Assembly (NCBI GenBank): GCA_046563655.1
Contig: CM102288.1
Span: 1,798,001-1,862,000 of the forward strand
Direction of reading: 5' to 3'
Origin: Yuukianura sp. NJ FZ-2021
Lineage: Eukaryota
Length of the DNA stretch: 64,000 bases
The notes under the pieces were generated by a model, which made no database searches, was not told the origin of the DNA, and saw nothing but the letters and a program-made list of their open reading frames with translations. This document shows, piece after piece, positions 39,360 to 52,960 of the stretch. Both the position numbers and the translations under genes were made by a program. Every line of letters starts with the position of its first letter. The first letter of the stretch is position 1.

Positions 39360-41602
39360 GTCCCTTCCGAAATCCGAAGAAAGCAGCAAGCCCACATGCT
39401 CCCTTGGATTCCAACGCATCAAAAAATAAGGCACCAGCAGAAGGACTGGAAAAGAAGAAAAAAATTATGAAAAGAAAAGATGAAAAAAGTTTCTGGAAAT
39501 TCAGGCAGAGACACACGCAGTCACACGGCCCAACATCCGACACTTTATGACCAAAAACATTCAATAAACAACGAAAAAAGTCATCAAATGTAAAATTGAT
39601 TAAGAAAATTGATAATTTAAGTTAATTTAAATTGATGATTGAAAAATGATAAGAAAATTTTAAAAGTGTGGTGAGGGTGAGACATTTCGCAAATGAAAAG
39701 AAAATTATTACAAAAGTAAGTTTTGTTTAGCAAAGTTTCAAACTTTTTGAAAAAAAAATATAAAGAAAATAGAAATTTTTCAGAGTGTTGTGAAAGGTAC
39801 GTGTGTGGTTTTGTTAACTTTAGAAACATTAGGAAGAAAGTCATTCGTTTTGAAAATTTTGGATTTCTGGTTTCTGGATTTCTCAATCTTTGTTAACTTC
39901 TTTTGAGTTTTGATTGTTTTTGAAAATCTCGTCGAATTTTTTTTTCAATTTTTTTCTTTCAAAATTTTGGACTTCGGCATATCTTTTCGGGAAGTTTTTT
40001 TGACAAAGTACAAAACAAGTGGAGGAACAGGTTTAAAGGTTGGAGTTCTGTTTTTGTCATTTGAATTTACATCTTACTGCGGAAGATTGGAACAACCCAA
40101 GTGAGTGTTAAAACAAGTTTTGTTTTGATTTTAAACAATTTTGGAAATTGAATTTGAACAAGGGCCAGATTAGGTTTAGGAGGCCCTTAAGGCCTCTTTG
40201 AATTCTCACGAAAACACGTTTTGTCCATTTCCAGTTCCAATTTAAACTGAGACGACAGTGGAAATGGGACCATTACTTTAATTAACAAAAATTACTCAAG
40301 TGACCAACTGAACAAAATGGACCAGCACACAAAACATCATCATCATCCTTAACTCTAACTTTTCAAAAAACAGATTTTTCGAAAGATTAAAATCACAATT
40401 TACAATTAACTTTTACTGCTAAATCTTATGGTCCTCCATTTTGAGAGTTTTATCTCCAGTATTTTCAAAAACATAATTTTTAATTTTTGAAGAAAATGTA
40501 ATGAATTCTTCCAAAAACTTCACTTTTTCTCTGGAATGCGCCATGGTAGGCAGATTGTGAATAAAATTCCAATACGAATCGAATCGGTCCTGCTTCACAG
40601 ATGCAGTTTTTCATAAAAAGAACAAAAGAAAATTTTGAAATCCATTGACTACTTCCAATAATTTGAATTTCGATGGGGGAAGATCAATTGCTTCCGGCAC
40701 AAGCAAACTCTCACTCTCCATCTTCCAGGAATTTCGTACATCCCGCATGTCCAGAAAAATTCCAATCCACACTAAGTAAAAAAATGTATAGGAATTCATT
40801 AACTTCAATATTTAAATTAATGCGTACTGTAAAAAATCATTTATTAAAATAAAATTATGAATTATAATAAACTAGAGAAAGTATCAAATCAACTATTCTC
40901 GTCTTTCACCTTAATTCAACTGAGTGATTACGGAGTATGAAAATGCAGAAAACTTTTTCCAACTTTTTTCCGATATGAAATCCAACACAATCCAAAATTT
41001 AAAAAAAAATCTCGTCATTTTTGAAATTTCATTTCCGTACGAAATTTTGTGAAAAACATTTTCTACTATCAATTACTTAGTTTTACAGTTTCGAGTTCAT
41101 GCTGGTTTCTATTAATCCATAGGCATGGATTAATTTTTTAATGGCTGCAGCTAATTATAAATAACTTTTAAATTTTCAAAAACAACAAAATAAAATTATT
41201 ATTATAATTATTATAATAATAAAACAGTAGAAACCTTTTAAAGTGAAATACATAATAATTTACTTATTGAAGATTGAGAAAGAATTTAAAAACTAAAACA
41301 GAAGATAAAAAAATTTTTTTTTGCTACAACAACAAAAAGAAATTACTACTAATTCCAATTTTTTCAAAATTTGTTTTAATTAAAGTTATTTGTGGTGTTT
41401 GGAGTGGCATAACAAATCAAACTAGTTTTTTAAACAAAAATTTTTTATAACTGGTTTTTTTGTGTCTAAAGTTGTGGCGGGTAGCTGAACGGAAGGTTTA
41501 GAGGTCAAAGGTCCCGGAATGCTGGAGCCTTTGGCTGGTGGTTAATTTTTTGTGTACTTTTTGAAATCCTGAACCGTGGACCGTGTGTTCGTCGTGTGTT
41601 TG

Positions 41603-41671
41603 GCAGGTGGAGAGTCGTACGTTTTGGGAAAAGGAAGCCGTGGGAACGAAGTCAACTTGAGCGTTCCCACG
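41603..41671. promoter_or_regulatory. SPS+A-type Notch/proneural enhancer
   Basis: Proneural E-box GCAGGTG (41603-41609) followed by CGTGGGAA-N17-TTCCCACG (41639-41671). Confidence 0.85.
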
Positions 41672-43079
41672 GTTCCAAAGTCCTCTTTTCTAAGGGTACC
41701 AGAGGACCCTTAATTTGGAAACCGAGGGAAAACATGTGGCTGCCTCACTCCGTCTTCATCTCTTCTTTTATGTTCAAACACAAGATTATTCAGAACAAGA
41801 AAAGATCCAAAGAAACCATCAATCGTATCTTAACACTCCATCTCTAGGAACAAAATTTTAAAGGAAAAAATCAAATAAGCAGAAAATCTTCAAATTCTAA
41901 AGATTTTATGTCAAGAAAAACGAAAAAAACGAAATCTGGTTTCATCCCCCAACTTTGCTCAAACTCAAACTTTAGTCAGCATCAAATTCAAAATCACAAA
42001 ATTTCACACACAAAATCCAATTTTTTTTTGAAATGATGAGAAAATTGTATGTTGAAGACGTTAGATAGTGTTAGGTACTTAGCATTAGAGATGATGATCT
42101 TGTGACGGTGGTTGCGTCAGCATCAAAAGTGTGGGATAGAATGTTAGTGAGGTCATACGGTGACCTCTGACCTCCGTCAGCATCCGTCCCACGCTTCTTC
42201 CTTCTTTTGAAGCGTCTTAAAATCGCCGCCATAGTTTAACTTTTTAGTTAGAGTATTATTGACAGTTGTAAATAAATGGTGGTGTGAGCAGTGCTGATTC
42301 AGGATGCTTCCCAGTGTTTCTCAAACAACGTTACGCATTTTACAGATCTCATCACTTTTAATGTTATGGTGTGACGGTGGTGTTAGTTGGTTAATTGCCA
42401 CGTTCTCACGCTCCAGCTTCTGTTAACTTTACTTTCAAAACGCCTTCTGCATCTCAATTTCAAATGTTTTTGGTAGTACTTAAAAGTCACTTGATTTTGT
42501 CGATGAGAGATCGACTGCCAGAAGATAAGTTCAAATTGAAAGATGCCAAATAAGACCCATGATCAATTTCAAAAGATAAGCTTGATTGATATTTCTGCAA
42601 TTTCGAAATTATTTTTTTCAAAGTGGGTTTTTTTTGAAAAGTCGCCGAACAAGAAAACCAAATTTTATGACTTTCTACAATGTCTTAAGTCTTTGGCGGT
42701 CCTCAAAAAAATGTAAGCACACGGTAAAAGATGTGCGCTGTATAAATATTTTTGAAAGCAAAACTTGAGTCCCTTGACTTGCAAATCTAGTTAGTTATGT
42801 AGAATTTAGGTGAACTAGCGAATTACGAAATTCGGAAACAGGTTTTTCATACTTTTTGAAAATTCATTGGTTTATGAAAACGATTTTTTTTTGAAAATGT
42901 GTCGAAATTTGACTTCCATTACGCCAAAATGGTTTGATGGATTTTTCTCTTTGAGGATTTCGAGTTTCACTTTTCCTTTCTCCGTGATTGATTCAACTTT
43001 GATTTGATTTGGAAATGGAAATTTTATTTTTTGGAAAAGCGAAAGTACCCTTAAGGGACAAATATTTCATATGCAGCAA

Positions 43080-43090
43080 GGCACGTGCTA
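43080..43090. promoter_or_regulatory. ESE-box-like E(spl) bHLH binding site
   Basis: GGCACGTGCTA, 11/12 match to TGGCACGTGYYA. Confidence 0.5.
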
Positions 43091-46000
43091 CTGCACTTGA
43101 CAAAGTCACTGCAGCTACCACGGTGCTTGCACACGCAGAACCGCTTTCAAAATGATACGCACAGACCATGCACCCTTGACACTCAAGGGACGCCTTAATT
43201 TAATTCACTCCACTCGACATAGCCTATTTTTTGTTTGTTCAAAATCCAACATGCTGCTGGGTTCAATTTTTCAAAAATTCAATTCCAATGATGCATTTCG
43301 GTCATCAATTGATTCTGATCCTGCCACACTTCCAGTCCATAAATTTTTTTTCAGAATTTTGGAAATTTGAGTGACTACCTTAACAGTTGCCCTGAACCCA
43401 CAAGTAGGATTCAGCAGACGAACATGAGAAAATTTTTCCTTATAGTTTCATAATTTTTTTCCAGAATTGATGAAAACGAAAACCATGAGATTCCAATTGA
43501 TTTTCGAAATTTCGAAAGGACGACAATCAAATTCTGAAATTGTTTGAAAAAAGGCGAATCCAAGTTTGGAAATTTTTGAAAAGCGACTCGAATTTGGAAA
43601 TTTTTGAAAGAGGCGACTCAAATTTCGTAGCCATAACTTGGTTAAGCGCTTGTTAGAACTGTGAAGGAACGGAAATTACAAACACTTTAAGAACAGAATC
43701 GATTTGAACCGCGCCGCCGTGTTAGCTTGCCTCCTTGAAACGATTTGAAATGTATCAGAAAATGGGCTTCTTCTGGATTGTGTCTCAAAGAAAAGATTTT
43801 GTTAGATTGCAAAATAGGATAAGGCTGTTCCATTGTTGTGCTCGGCCAAGGGCCCCCCTCCGCCAGCCCCCCACTTCTTTAGTCCGTGGCCAAACTTTTG
43901 GCCACTTGTTGGCCGTGGAGGGTCTCAGGAACAATAGGGGGCCCTTCGACCCCAAAATTCCTCAAGTTTCCACTCATGTTTAGGTTAGGTACTTCCTAAG
44001 GGCCTCGACGCTAAGGCTCTTCAATTACTCAACCCCCTAACCTAAGTGTACTTCTTTTCACTTACTCAAACGAAGGGCCCTTTACACGTGTCCTCAAATA
44101 AGTTGACACTTTGACTCTCAAAATTTTCAAAATTCGAGGCAAACAAAGAGAGAAATGAAAAGGAGGCCAACTTCCGCCTCTTTCTGCCACAGCAGACTGC
44201 CTTTTCAGGTCAAAGGTCACGCCGCCCTTAAAGTCCTCCCCCAAGGGGTCACTTTGGCCTACCACAAAAAAAATGAGTTTCAAAACTAAACTTTTCTTTG
44301 CTTGTCACTTTTGAAATTCTTACAGCAAAATTTTGAAATTTCTGATTATTTTCAAAAATTTTGATTCCGGTTAAAAAATTTATGATTTGAACTACCGAAG
44401 TTTTGCCGTTTTAATTAGTTAATGCTTTGCGAGCTTCGGAGTTATAAGATCCTGTTATGAAAATTCATAAAAAGTTTCGTTCAAAAACCTAAAATTTTGA
44501 AAAAGTCTAGCTTTTCTTTTTGAAAATGTTGTTCAAACAGAAGTGTTTTGAATGTGTATCGTGTTTGGGACAGTTTGGAAGTGATTATTAAGGTATTTGG
44601 TTGTTAGCTTGCTGCTTAAGGTCAAAGGGCCCCCTTCCCTGCTCCTCTTCCCGGTAGGTTTAGTTAGGCTAACGTTAGGTTTGTTAGGCTAAGGCTAGGT
44701 TGCTTAGGCTAAGGTTAGGTTGATGGTCTCTTAATTTCAGTCTTCTTGCTGGATAACATTGTTCATTGTGCCCAGTGAGTGAAGGAATAAGCTGTGAAGG
44801 TAATTGTTATTGGAGGAACAATTACTCGTCTCTTTCAGTAAATACTCAGATTGAATGTCTAAGCCTTAGCCTTAAGGGAGAGCTTAAGGGCCTCCATGTA
44901 CCCTTACAATCTTCCCGCGTCTTTTCTTATGGACCAACCTTGTTTAAAAATCATTTTAAACTCGGAGAACGCACAGAACAGAGCACATTATTGTGTCCAG
45001 GGCCTTCGTTTTCTATTCAAAGTCCCTTAGAAATCCACTCCATGTCAAAGGCAATTGAAGGGACCTCGTTTCTCTTTTCAAAGGGGCCACTTTTTCAAAA
45101 TTTTATTTTATTCATCATTACATACAAACCAAAAATTTGAAAAGAAACTGAGAAAAACGTTTCTTGAAAGCCAAGAAGTGTAGCAAAGGCTGTACTTTCT
45201 TTGTCCTCTCTTTTACGGCATCTTCGGTTAGGTTAAGTGAAGATGATGGGGACCCTTAAGGGAGCCTGGAAAATGGACCCTTTACTGACGCTATCCGCCC
45301 ACTTCCTCCTTCCAGGACAAAAAAGTTTTACAACAGTTCAAAACCAAATTTTGAAATTTTCTTTTTAGAAAATGAGCTTTCGTCCACTGAAGCGTAAATT
45401 TGAAGAAATAAGCGTATCTAATTCTCTAATCTGCCCCATTTCTTATAGTCAGCAGCACGGCCGTTTTCTCATGCTTAAAATGAAAAAAAAGTTGAAAAAA
45501 AGTTTGGAATTGAATGAGTTTTTGTGAACAATGAAATCACGACACCACCACCGAAAAGAAAAAACAGCCTTAAAATACGCCCAAACTTAACAATGAAGGA
45601 CTTGATAAAATTGGTTTTCATAATTTTTCACAAATAAAATTTCAAAAAAAAAAACGAACTTCGGTTTTAGCCAAAAATCAAAAAAAGCTGGCGGGGTTAC
45701 GCTTGACCTCAGTTGACCTTTGACCTCTTCCGCTAAATTGCTGAATTCCATAGTACTTGAACAGTAACTAGAATTGGATTTTATTGTAATTATGGGTTTG
45801 TAAAATTTCAAAATTTTGGCATATAATTTATTGCCGTTTCAAAAAAAAAATTATTTCGTGAAAAATTTCATAAGTGTCGAAGACAGTTTGGAACAAATGA
45901 AACCGTTTAATTTTGACTCCTTAGTTTTTAAAAATAAAGCAAAATTTAAATTTTGAAAAAATCAATTTTGATCTTTCACAAAATGTTGCAATTTGCGTTT

Positions 46001-46370
46001 AAAAAAAAAGTAAAGTTAAAAGTTTTTTTTTGAGTAAATAACGCTTTAGTAATAACGAAATCCAAAACACCCGAAGAAAAAACCAGTTTGAAATTCCAAT
46101 GTTCAGTTCATAAAGAAATCTGTTTGAGATCTTTTTAATTTATTCACAATTTTGAATTTTCATTGTTGTTTTTGTTGAGTTTTTTTTAACAAAGGTATTT
46201 GATGAGTATCCCATCTGTTGTCTTTGCATTCCTCTGCGCCCCTAATGTTAAACACATAGCATAACAATTACTGTGCCTCTCTCAGAGTTAAATCTTACTT
46301 TTTAACATTTTGAGATTTGTTGTAAAAATATTTTCTAAAATCAACTTAAAAGTTTAAACTTAACAAAAAT

Positions 46371-46378
46371 TATCACAG
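46371..46378 (-). promoter_or_regulatory. K box in the 3' UTR of the Bearded-like gene
   Basis: Minus-strand CTGTGATA, ~135 nt after the stop codon. Confidence 0.7.
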
Positions 46379-46512
46379 GTTTCAGATGAAAGAGATGATT
46401 GAACAAAAACTTAAATTTAACATAAGTGAACCTAGGATTGAACGGTGCAGTGATTTGTGGTTTAAAAACAAAATCAAAATTTTGAAAAATTTTGAGGAAA
46501 GAGATTTTTTCT

Positions 46513-47260
46513 TTAGAAAAGTGAGTCGTTTGAACTCCCATAGGAAGATGAGTAGTAAGAGGAAGATGAGAACGTGGGAGATGCTGTTGTGTAGCGAAGT
46601 GATCTCTTTGCAATTCTGATTCTGCGCATGGGTGGTGGTGGAGATGGGGTGACCGTGTCATGGTGGAAGGACAGCAGTGGACCACGTCCATCAATGTCAC
46701 TTTCCCAATGGTTCGTCAACAGTCCACGACCGTAGTCAGATGAGGTCGATGACATACGACATCGCTGTTCCAGAAGTTCGTTGATTCGGTTTTGCTCAAG
46801 TTCGGCAGCAAAAGTGACTTCAATGTCGTCAGTGTTGTCGGTTGAACCGGTTCGGGTGTTGAGTTTGCTCAGAAGTGACCAGTAGCGGTTCAAGTTGATT
46901 CGTGCCGTTTTGGCAATTCGTCGAAACGGATTCACTCGAAATCCCTGAGAAAAAATTTCAAAAAATTTATAAATTTTTTGTTTTCGAAAATTTCAGTTTT
47001 GTAAAAATTTTGAATGTAAAAGAACTCGTGCCTGACGCTTCTGCACCAGCACCAGCGTCATTTTGTCTCAAATTGCCAAAATGTTGCTGATTTTGAATCA
47101 AAGTTCGAAAATTCCTCAAATTTTGAAAGTGTCAGAACAAAATGTTAATTTTTTTTTGAAAACTTACAGATTTTGAGGATTGTTGAGCAGTTTGTTGAGA
47201 CTGGGACTTGACGTCCATGATGGCCACTGAGGTTGCGTATTGCTTGACGTTATGGCACAT
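46513..47260 (-). CDS. Divergent Bearded-family / E(spl)m-alpha-like protein, 174 aa; exons 47260-47168 and 46944-46513
   Basis: caaaATG start, phase-0 gtaagt...ctcag intron, basic amphipathic segment NPFRRIAKTARINLNRYWSLLSKL, N-motif EQNRINELLE, K box in the 3' UTR, located between two E(spl) bHLH genes. Confidence 0.72.
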
Positions 47261-49255
47261 TTTGAAGCGTTAGTGTTCAAAATCCTTTACTGTTTCTAGT
47301 AACTGGAAATTTCAGTTTTTTGAATATACTGCGGAGGTTGCAAGTACTTTGGAGCTTAGAAGTTGCTTGTTTGGAAGCTGTGGTTGGAATGCTGGGCAGA
47401 GGGGACTCGGAACGACTTTTAAGAGGGCCATGAATTTGGGGGCCTAGCGAACGTGTCAGGTGGTGTGCCGAGCACACGATGAGGAAGAAGGGGGCCCTTC
47501 GCAGGGCCTCCAAGGCCTCGCTCCAAGGGACCTACCCTGTCCCTTCCCTTACACGTTTCTGGTTAAGTCCCCGGGGAGTTCAGGAACTAACTGAATCTGA
47601 GTGTGGTCGTTAACAGTAGACTTTAGCTTAATCTTTCAAAATTTCGAATCATTTTCAAAATTTTCAAATCAATTTTTAAAATGTCCAAAATCCTAACTGG
47701 AATCAAGGCGACCTGTAAGCTTCCGTGACAATAAAATACTTGGCAAATAACTTCTTAAAATCTTCTCAATGGAATTAAACTTTGACATACACTATTCCCA
47801 TCAATCGATATTCGACTTTCACTTAATTCATGAAAGGTTCCCGTTAATCGAAGTTTGTCTTAACTAATTAACTTAACTCATTGAACTTTTAAACTTCAAT
47901 TTCAAAAATGAAACGTATTTTAGGAACTCGGGTCATGTCACGCCATGTTTTTTCCCGCCAAAACGGCGTGGTTTTTCCTACAGGTTGAAACACGTTTTTG
48001 GGAAGAAGGGACCCTTTAAGGGCTCTGCTTGAAATCGTTGGGAAAACGACTTAGGGATTGTATTTTTTGTTAACAAAAGATGCAGAGGAAGATCGTAATC
48101 TGTTTTGTAGAGACGTTTTTAAGGGAGTAGTGAAGGCCTCATGCTCACCTGCCTCCAATCTCACAAGAATCCCTCCTAAGTGGACCACTTTATGCAGCCA
48201 GACACCTAAGAAATACCTTAACAACCTATGTCGTAGTCCCACCAAAGTCCCACCTTCTTCTATGTCTAAGGTGGGGCATGGTGGCTTTCTAGCATCCAAT
48301 GTTGAAATTTGGCTTGATTTTTATAGTTTTTTTGAAGATTTGAGTAAAGTGAAAGTGATTCGGCGGGTGAAAGTCAAGTTAAAATTTGCGTGGATTGGCT
48401 TTGAGGTGGACCACGACAAGGGTGGATAAAAGCCTGGGAAAATTTTTGGTGCGGGAGGTTTGCTTTTGTTAAATCCGGATTCTGGTTCTGGTTGTTCTGT
48501 TGTGCTCATTGTTTTGTTTGAAATGGAAATGAAGGTTCATCATGCAATCTGATCCTAAACCAGAGATGAACATGATGAAATTTATCCTACTGTTCTCTCA
48601 AGTTGTAAATTCTAACTACATCTACTAATTGAAATTTCAAATAGACAGAAAAGAGAAAGACGAGCATAATTTCCCACAAGAAAAAATGTTTTCCAAAAAC
48701 ATTTTTTGGAAAACAGGAGAAAAATATCTAGACACTATAACTTTTTAATTCAAGATTGTTGTGAACTGTGACACGCTGGATGGAATTAGAATTTATTTTG
48801 AATTTACATTGCATTTGCAAATCCGTCACTTTTCCAGAATGCAAAAACCGTTTTTCAAGTTCGCATAAATTTTCGTAATTTTGAGGCGCGTAAACACTCC
48901 GTTTTACGTAATGTTTACTTTCATACGAAAAAGATCCGCTACATTCATTTTTTTTAAAAAGTCATTCCAGAAAATTGACGTCAAATTTTAGCTTTAAGTT
49001 TTGACGAGACGAAAGAAAGTTTTTTAAACCGAACCAGTTTCTCTACTACGTTGTGTTTTCCTTGACCTTGACCCGGGGGTCAACTATTTGTGGAAAGAAC
49101 TTGAAACTAGTTAGACTAGTGTTAATTAGTTGTGTGCTTCTGTTGACCCCTTGGGCGGGGGAGAGGGTACTTTGGGGGGTACTTGGTGTAAGGGGGGAGG
49201 CGGAAGGGGAAGGGCTGCGTCTGTCTGTGTAGTTGGATCTTTCAATTGTTAGGAT

Positions 49256-49287
49256 CGTGGGAAAGGGCTTCTCTTTGGTCTCCCACA
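49256..49287. promoter_or_regulatory. Paired Su(H) site (16-bp spacer, one cryptic half-site)
   Basis: CGTGGGAA-N16-CTCCCACA; additional CATGGGAA (~49445) and TTCCCACG (49522-49529) nearby. Confidence 0.7.
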
Positions 49288-51710
49288 CTTCTCCCGCATC
49301 TTCAAATCTTGTTGTGCACAAAGGACTCAACACACGTCCCTACCCAAATAACTTACAGATGAATACTGGGACTGGTTCCTTGGAAGAAGAAGAAGCTCGT
49401 GCCAAGGCAACCAACTGCCTAGCATCTTCCCCCTCCGCATCTTCATGGGAACTCATCTGCACTCTCTTCAAAAGATCCCATTTCAGCCGAATTCCACAAC
49501 TCAAAAGCAATTAACTACCCGTTCCCACGCTTCTGATCTCCCAACCATCCACACTCTGTCACTCAACAACACACGTCCTATGCTCTTAATACACAAAGGA
49601 CAGACGCTCTGACACAATTTGGCACAAAAACATAACTGAAAAATGACTTGGTAAACTTTACCATGTTTCCAAATTTTGACATTTTGAAGATCGAAAACGA
49701 AAAAAAAATTGACCAAAAACATTAAGACACGATGACAAAATTGAACAAACTGAAAAATTAGAAAACAAAGTTTTGGTAAAGCTAGATTTTTTTTAATCAA
49801 ACGCCTTCGTTTCTATACACAATTTCGAAAAAAATTTCGTTCACTTTTTCAAATTTTTGTTTCTAAGGTCAGAGGTCATCACAGTTCCAGTTTTAATGAG
49901 CGCTTGACTCCGATTAGTTTAAACTGCAGTTGGAATTGATGAACTTTAAAGTGTGAAATGTCAATGCTAGACATTGGAACTGTCAAGGTCACTTTTAGCG
50001 GTTCATGCTAGTTTGGTTAAATTTCAAAGATTTTTGTCAAAAAATGCAAACTAAAGCAGTTTTTCTACCCAAAAAGGCCATAAAAGTATAGAAGCTGTGA
50101 AAAGTGATCTAAGGACGACATTAGTTAAAACAGTTGTGAAATATACGTCAATCCACAGTGGTTTTGCACAAGTGCAACTAAAAATTTAGTCTAAAACTGC
50201 TACTATATGTAATCGAATGTGTCATGTTCATATGAGGTTCATACTTACTACCTCACTTCATGTGGCTTCACCATGTTTCAAAAGTGTTTATTATTTATGC
50301 GAATCTTGATTAATGATTAAGGTTAAAACACGAGCTACAATTTCGCAAGCATCAAGCACTGCACTTTTTAGCCAAAAAGTAGCCTAGGAACTGGACACGC
50401 GCTTAAAAGCACTATTCAAAAAAATGACGTTCGTTCTAATCATCAAAAAATACAAAGTCACAATACGTGACGCTGGCGCAGCAAAGGTCAGAAGGCCAGG
50501 CGTCGCGTCAAATTTCTCAGAATTGGTCATTTTTCTAAGAAAATTGTCTAAGCTTCTAACTTTTTTGAAATCCTGTTCAGAACAAAGCATCGAGTGTTCC
50601 ACTTTTTTCAAAATTCTAAAAAAGAAATTAGAGTTGACAGGCATGACGGAGAAAAGGACGCTACCGGTCACTTTGGTCCTAATCCAAGTTTTAGAAATTG
50701 TAAAGTTTTAAGGGCCCTTAATTTGAAGTACCTTCTCAGAATTTTTTGAAAAAAAGGGCGGGGCTGTTTCAAATTTTGAACAGGTCAGGTGAAAAACAAG
50801 GCGGAGTACTTTGAAGGGCTCTGCTGCAGTCGAGGATAAGACATCGTGAGGTCTTTGGCGTCACTATCTGTTCATAGCTGGAGGTTCCATGACAAAGTGA
50901 TGAGTCTTCGGTGACAGGTTGAGGTCAAAGGTCACTGTCATAGTGATAGAACTTACTGATGACATTAAAGTAAAGCACGAAGCAACAAAGTTGACCTGAC
51001 ACATTAAGGCTGCTGGCTGGACGCTGATCCAGAACTTTTCAACTGAAACTTATCATTGCGTAACTTTTCTAGAAGGAACGACGAGTGACTAAAGCAGTGA
51101 TAAAGTTCTCTAGAGAACACGCCTAACCTAGTTGCAAATTGCAATCCGGATGTAGCTACACGAACTGTTGCAAATTTGTTCAAAATTTAAATTTCAATTT
51201 ATTTTTTCCAAAATTTTGAAGAAAAAGTTCTGAAATAGCATGTAACTCTATCTTTGTTTTGATTCCGCTATTTTTGATTATGTTTTGATCTTTTAGAGTA
51301 AAAAAAAAATAATTTTGTTTTTCATTTGCGAGAAATAATTTTTTTTATGGTCGGCGTTGAAGTAATGAGAGTAAAATTGCTATATAGAACTCGAATTTTG
51401 GAAAAAATTTCGTTGTTTTTGAAAATTTTGATTTTTTTTTTAATTGTCAATTTTTGTTCGGTTCTGCTATTTTTGGTGTAAATTACACTACTCGCAGTAC
51501 GGGATTAACTTGAATTAAAATTGTTTTTTTTTTAAATTAGTGCTTATTTCTTTTATTTATGACCGGCGTGAAACTCATGGAAGCCGAATTTTTTGAAATT
51601 CATTTTAGTTTCAAAATTTCAGTTTTTCTTTTCAAAATCTTGTCTTTCTTGTGTTTCCTTAATGTTAGGTGCGTGAGTCATTTTTTGTGCCGTAAGTGTT
51701 GATTGAGTGA

Positions 51711-51771
51711 GCAGCTGGAAGGTGGTTCGTTTGGGCTTTTAAGAAGCGTGGGAAGCTCCTTCGTTCCCACG
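51711..51771. promoter_or_regulatory. Proneural E-box plus short-spacer Su(H) palindrome upstream of the second E(spl) gene
   Basis: GCAGCTG (51711-51717); CGTGGGAA-N9-TTCCCACG (51747-51771). Confidence 0.75.
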
Positions 51772-52131
51772 CTTCTGAACAACAACAAGCTTCCGAAAAA
51801 AAATAACATACCTGAAGCCATCCACACTCCAGGAACAAAAAAAAATTCGAAAAAAACCCACCCACCAGTTCCGACTAAAACCTGAAAAAAAATCTGAAGA
51901 TGCGAAAGAGACGCCCGTTCGAATCCACCCGCCCCCAAAAACACTTAAATCTTGTTCAAACTGGCCCTAAATTAGCTTCCTAGTTAAACTTAAATAACAG
52001 TATTTCAAAAACATTTTAAAATTTTAACTTCAGAAGAACATCCTAGTGGTAACGTCAATGTGTTGCTGATTTTCATAAGGACGGTAATTACGAGCGTCAC
52101 TTCTGGGTTCATTTTGAATGCAAATTAGTCA

Positions 52132-52330
52132 AGTTCACACTTTGCTCAATTACTTTTTCCAAAATTTTAAGTACTCTGCTAAGTTCTACTTCAAAATTTT
52201 AACATTTTGCATATTTCTTTTTCCAAATTTTAACACTGGTCACCATTTTCAAAATTTTACCACTCTGCTCAAATTGCTTTCAAAGTTTAAACAGCTGCTC
52301 TGTTTCACGTGGTTTCAAAATTTTAACACT
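52132..52330. repeat. Degenerate ~30-bp tandem repeat
   Basis: Recurrent ttcaaaattttaacactctgctc-like units. Confidence 0.55.
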
Positions 52331-52960
52331 TTACAGAATTACTTTTTTTTTCAAAATTTCTGGATTGTGGGGTCCTCCGGAAATCACAATTTGGAAGTTG
52401 CAAGCATTATGCACAGTAGCGGCTGTCTGACGACTGCTCACACGGTGCCAGCGACATTTCAGCAAGGCGTAGAAATTTTCAAGGAATCTTATTTTTGGAT
52501 TTTGAAAAAACGAAAAAACAAACATTTTTTTTTGCTGTGTTTGTGGCGTAGCCGCCTTCTACAGTAGCAGATTTTTTTGCTTACGGAGATAATTTTTTCC
52601 GGGAGGAACTTTCCCCCGGATTTAGTGTAATAATAATTGTTTAGAGCTACTGTGCTAGGAAACCACGCCCCCTTTTATGCCGGTACAGCAGTAAGTTAGG
52701 ACTAAGTTAGTGTTAAGCCTAACCTTATTCTCCTTATGCACTTAACATTGGTAGTGGTGAGCACAGGCAACCTGAAGAGAGGTTTAAGGCCGAGACTCCC
52801 GCAGTTTGTGGCTCATTCAATCCACAGACGCCGTGAGAGATTGAGTTAAGGAATTTCATCTTCTAGGGGAACAAGTAGTGCAAGTGCATCTGAAAATTAA
52901 GCGAAAGCTAGAGTAACCTTTGACCTTCTTGTGTCTTGCGACTGACAATCATAGCCAATC

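Noticed and set aside
39115..39564. Overlapping 130-149 aa ORFs
   Set aside because: They span the GC-rich E(spl) promoter and tandem repeat, with no coding signature
39600..46300. her / third bHLH gene expected in this interval
   Set aside because: No bHLH, Orange or WRPW coding sequence seen
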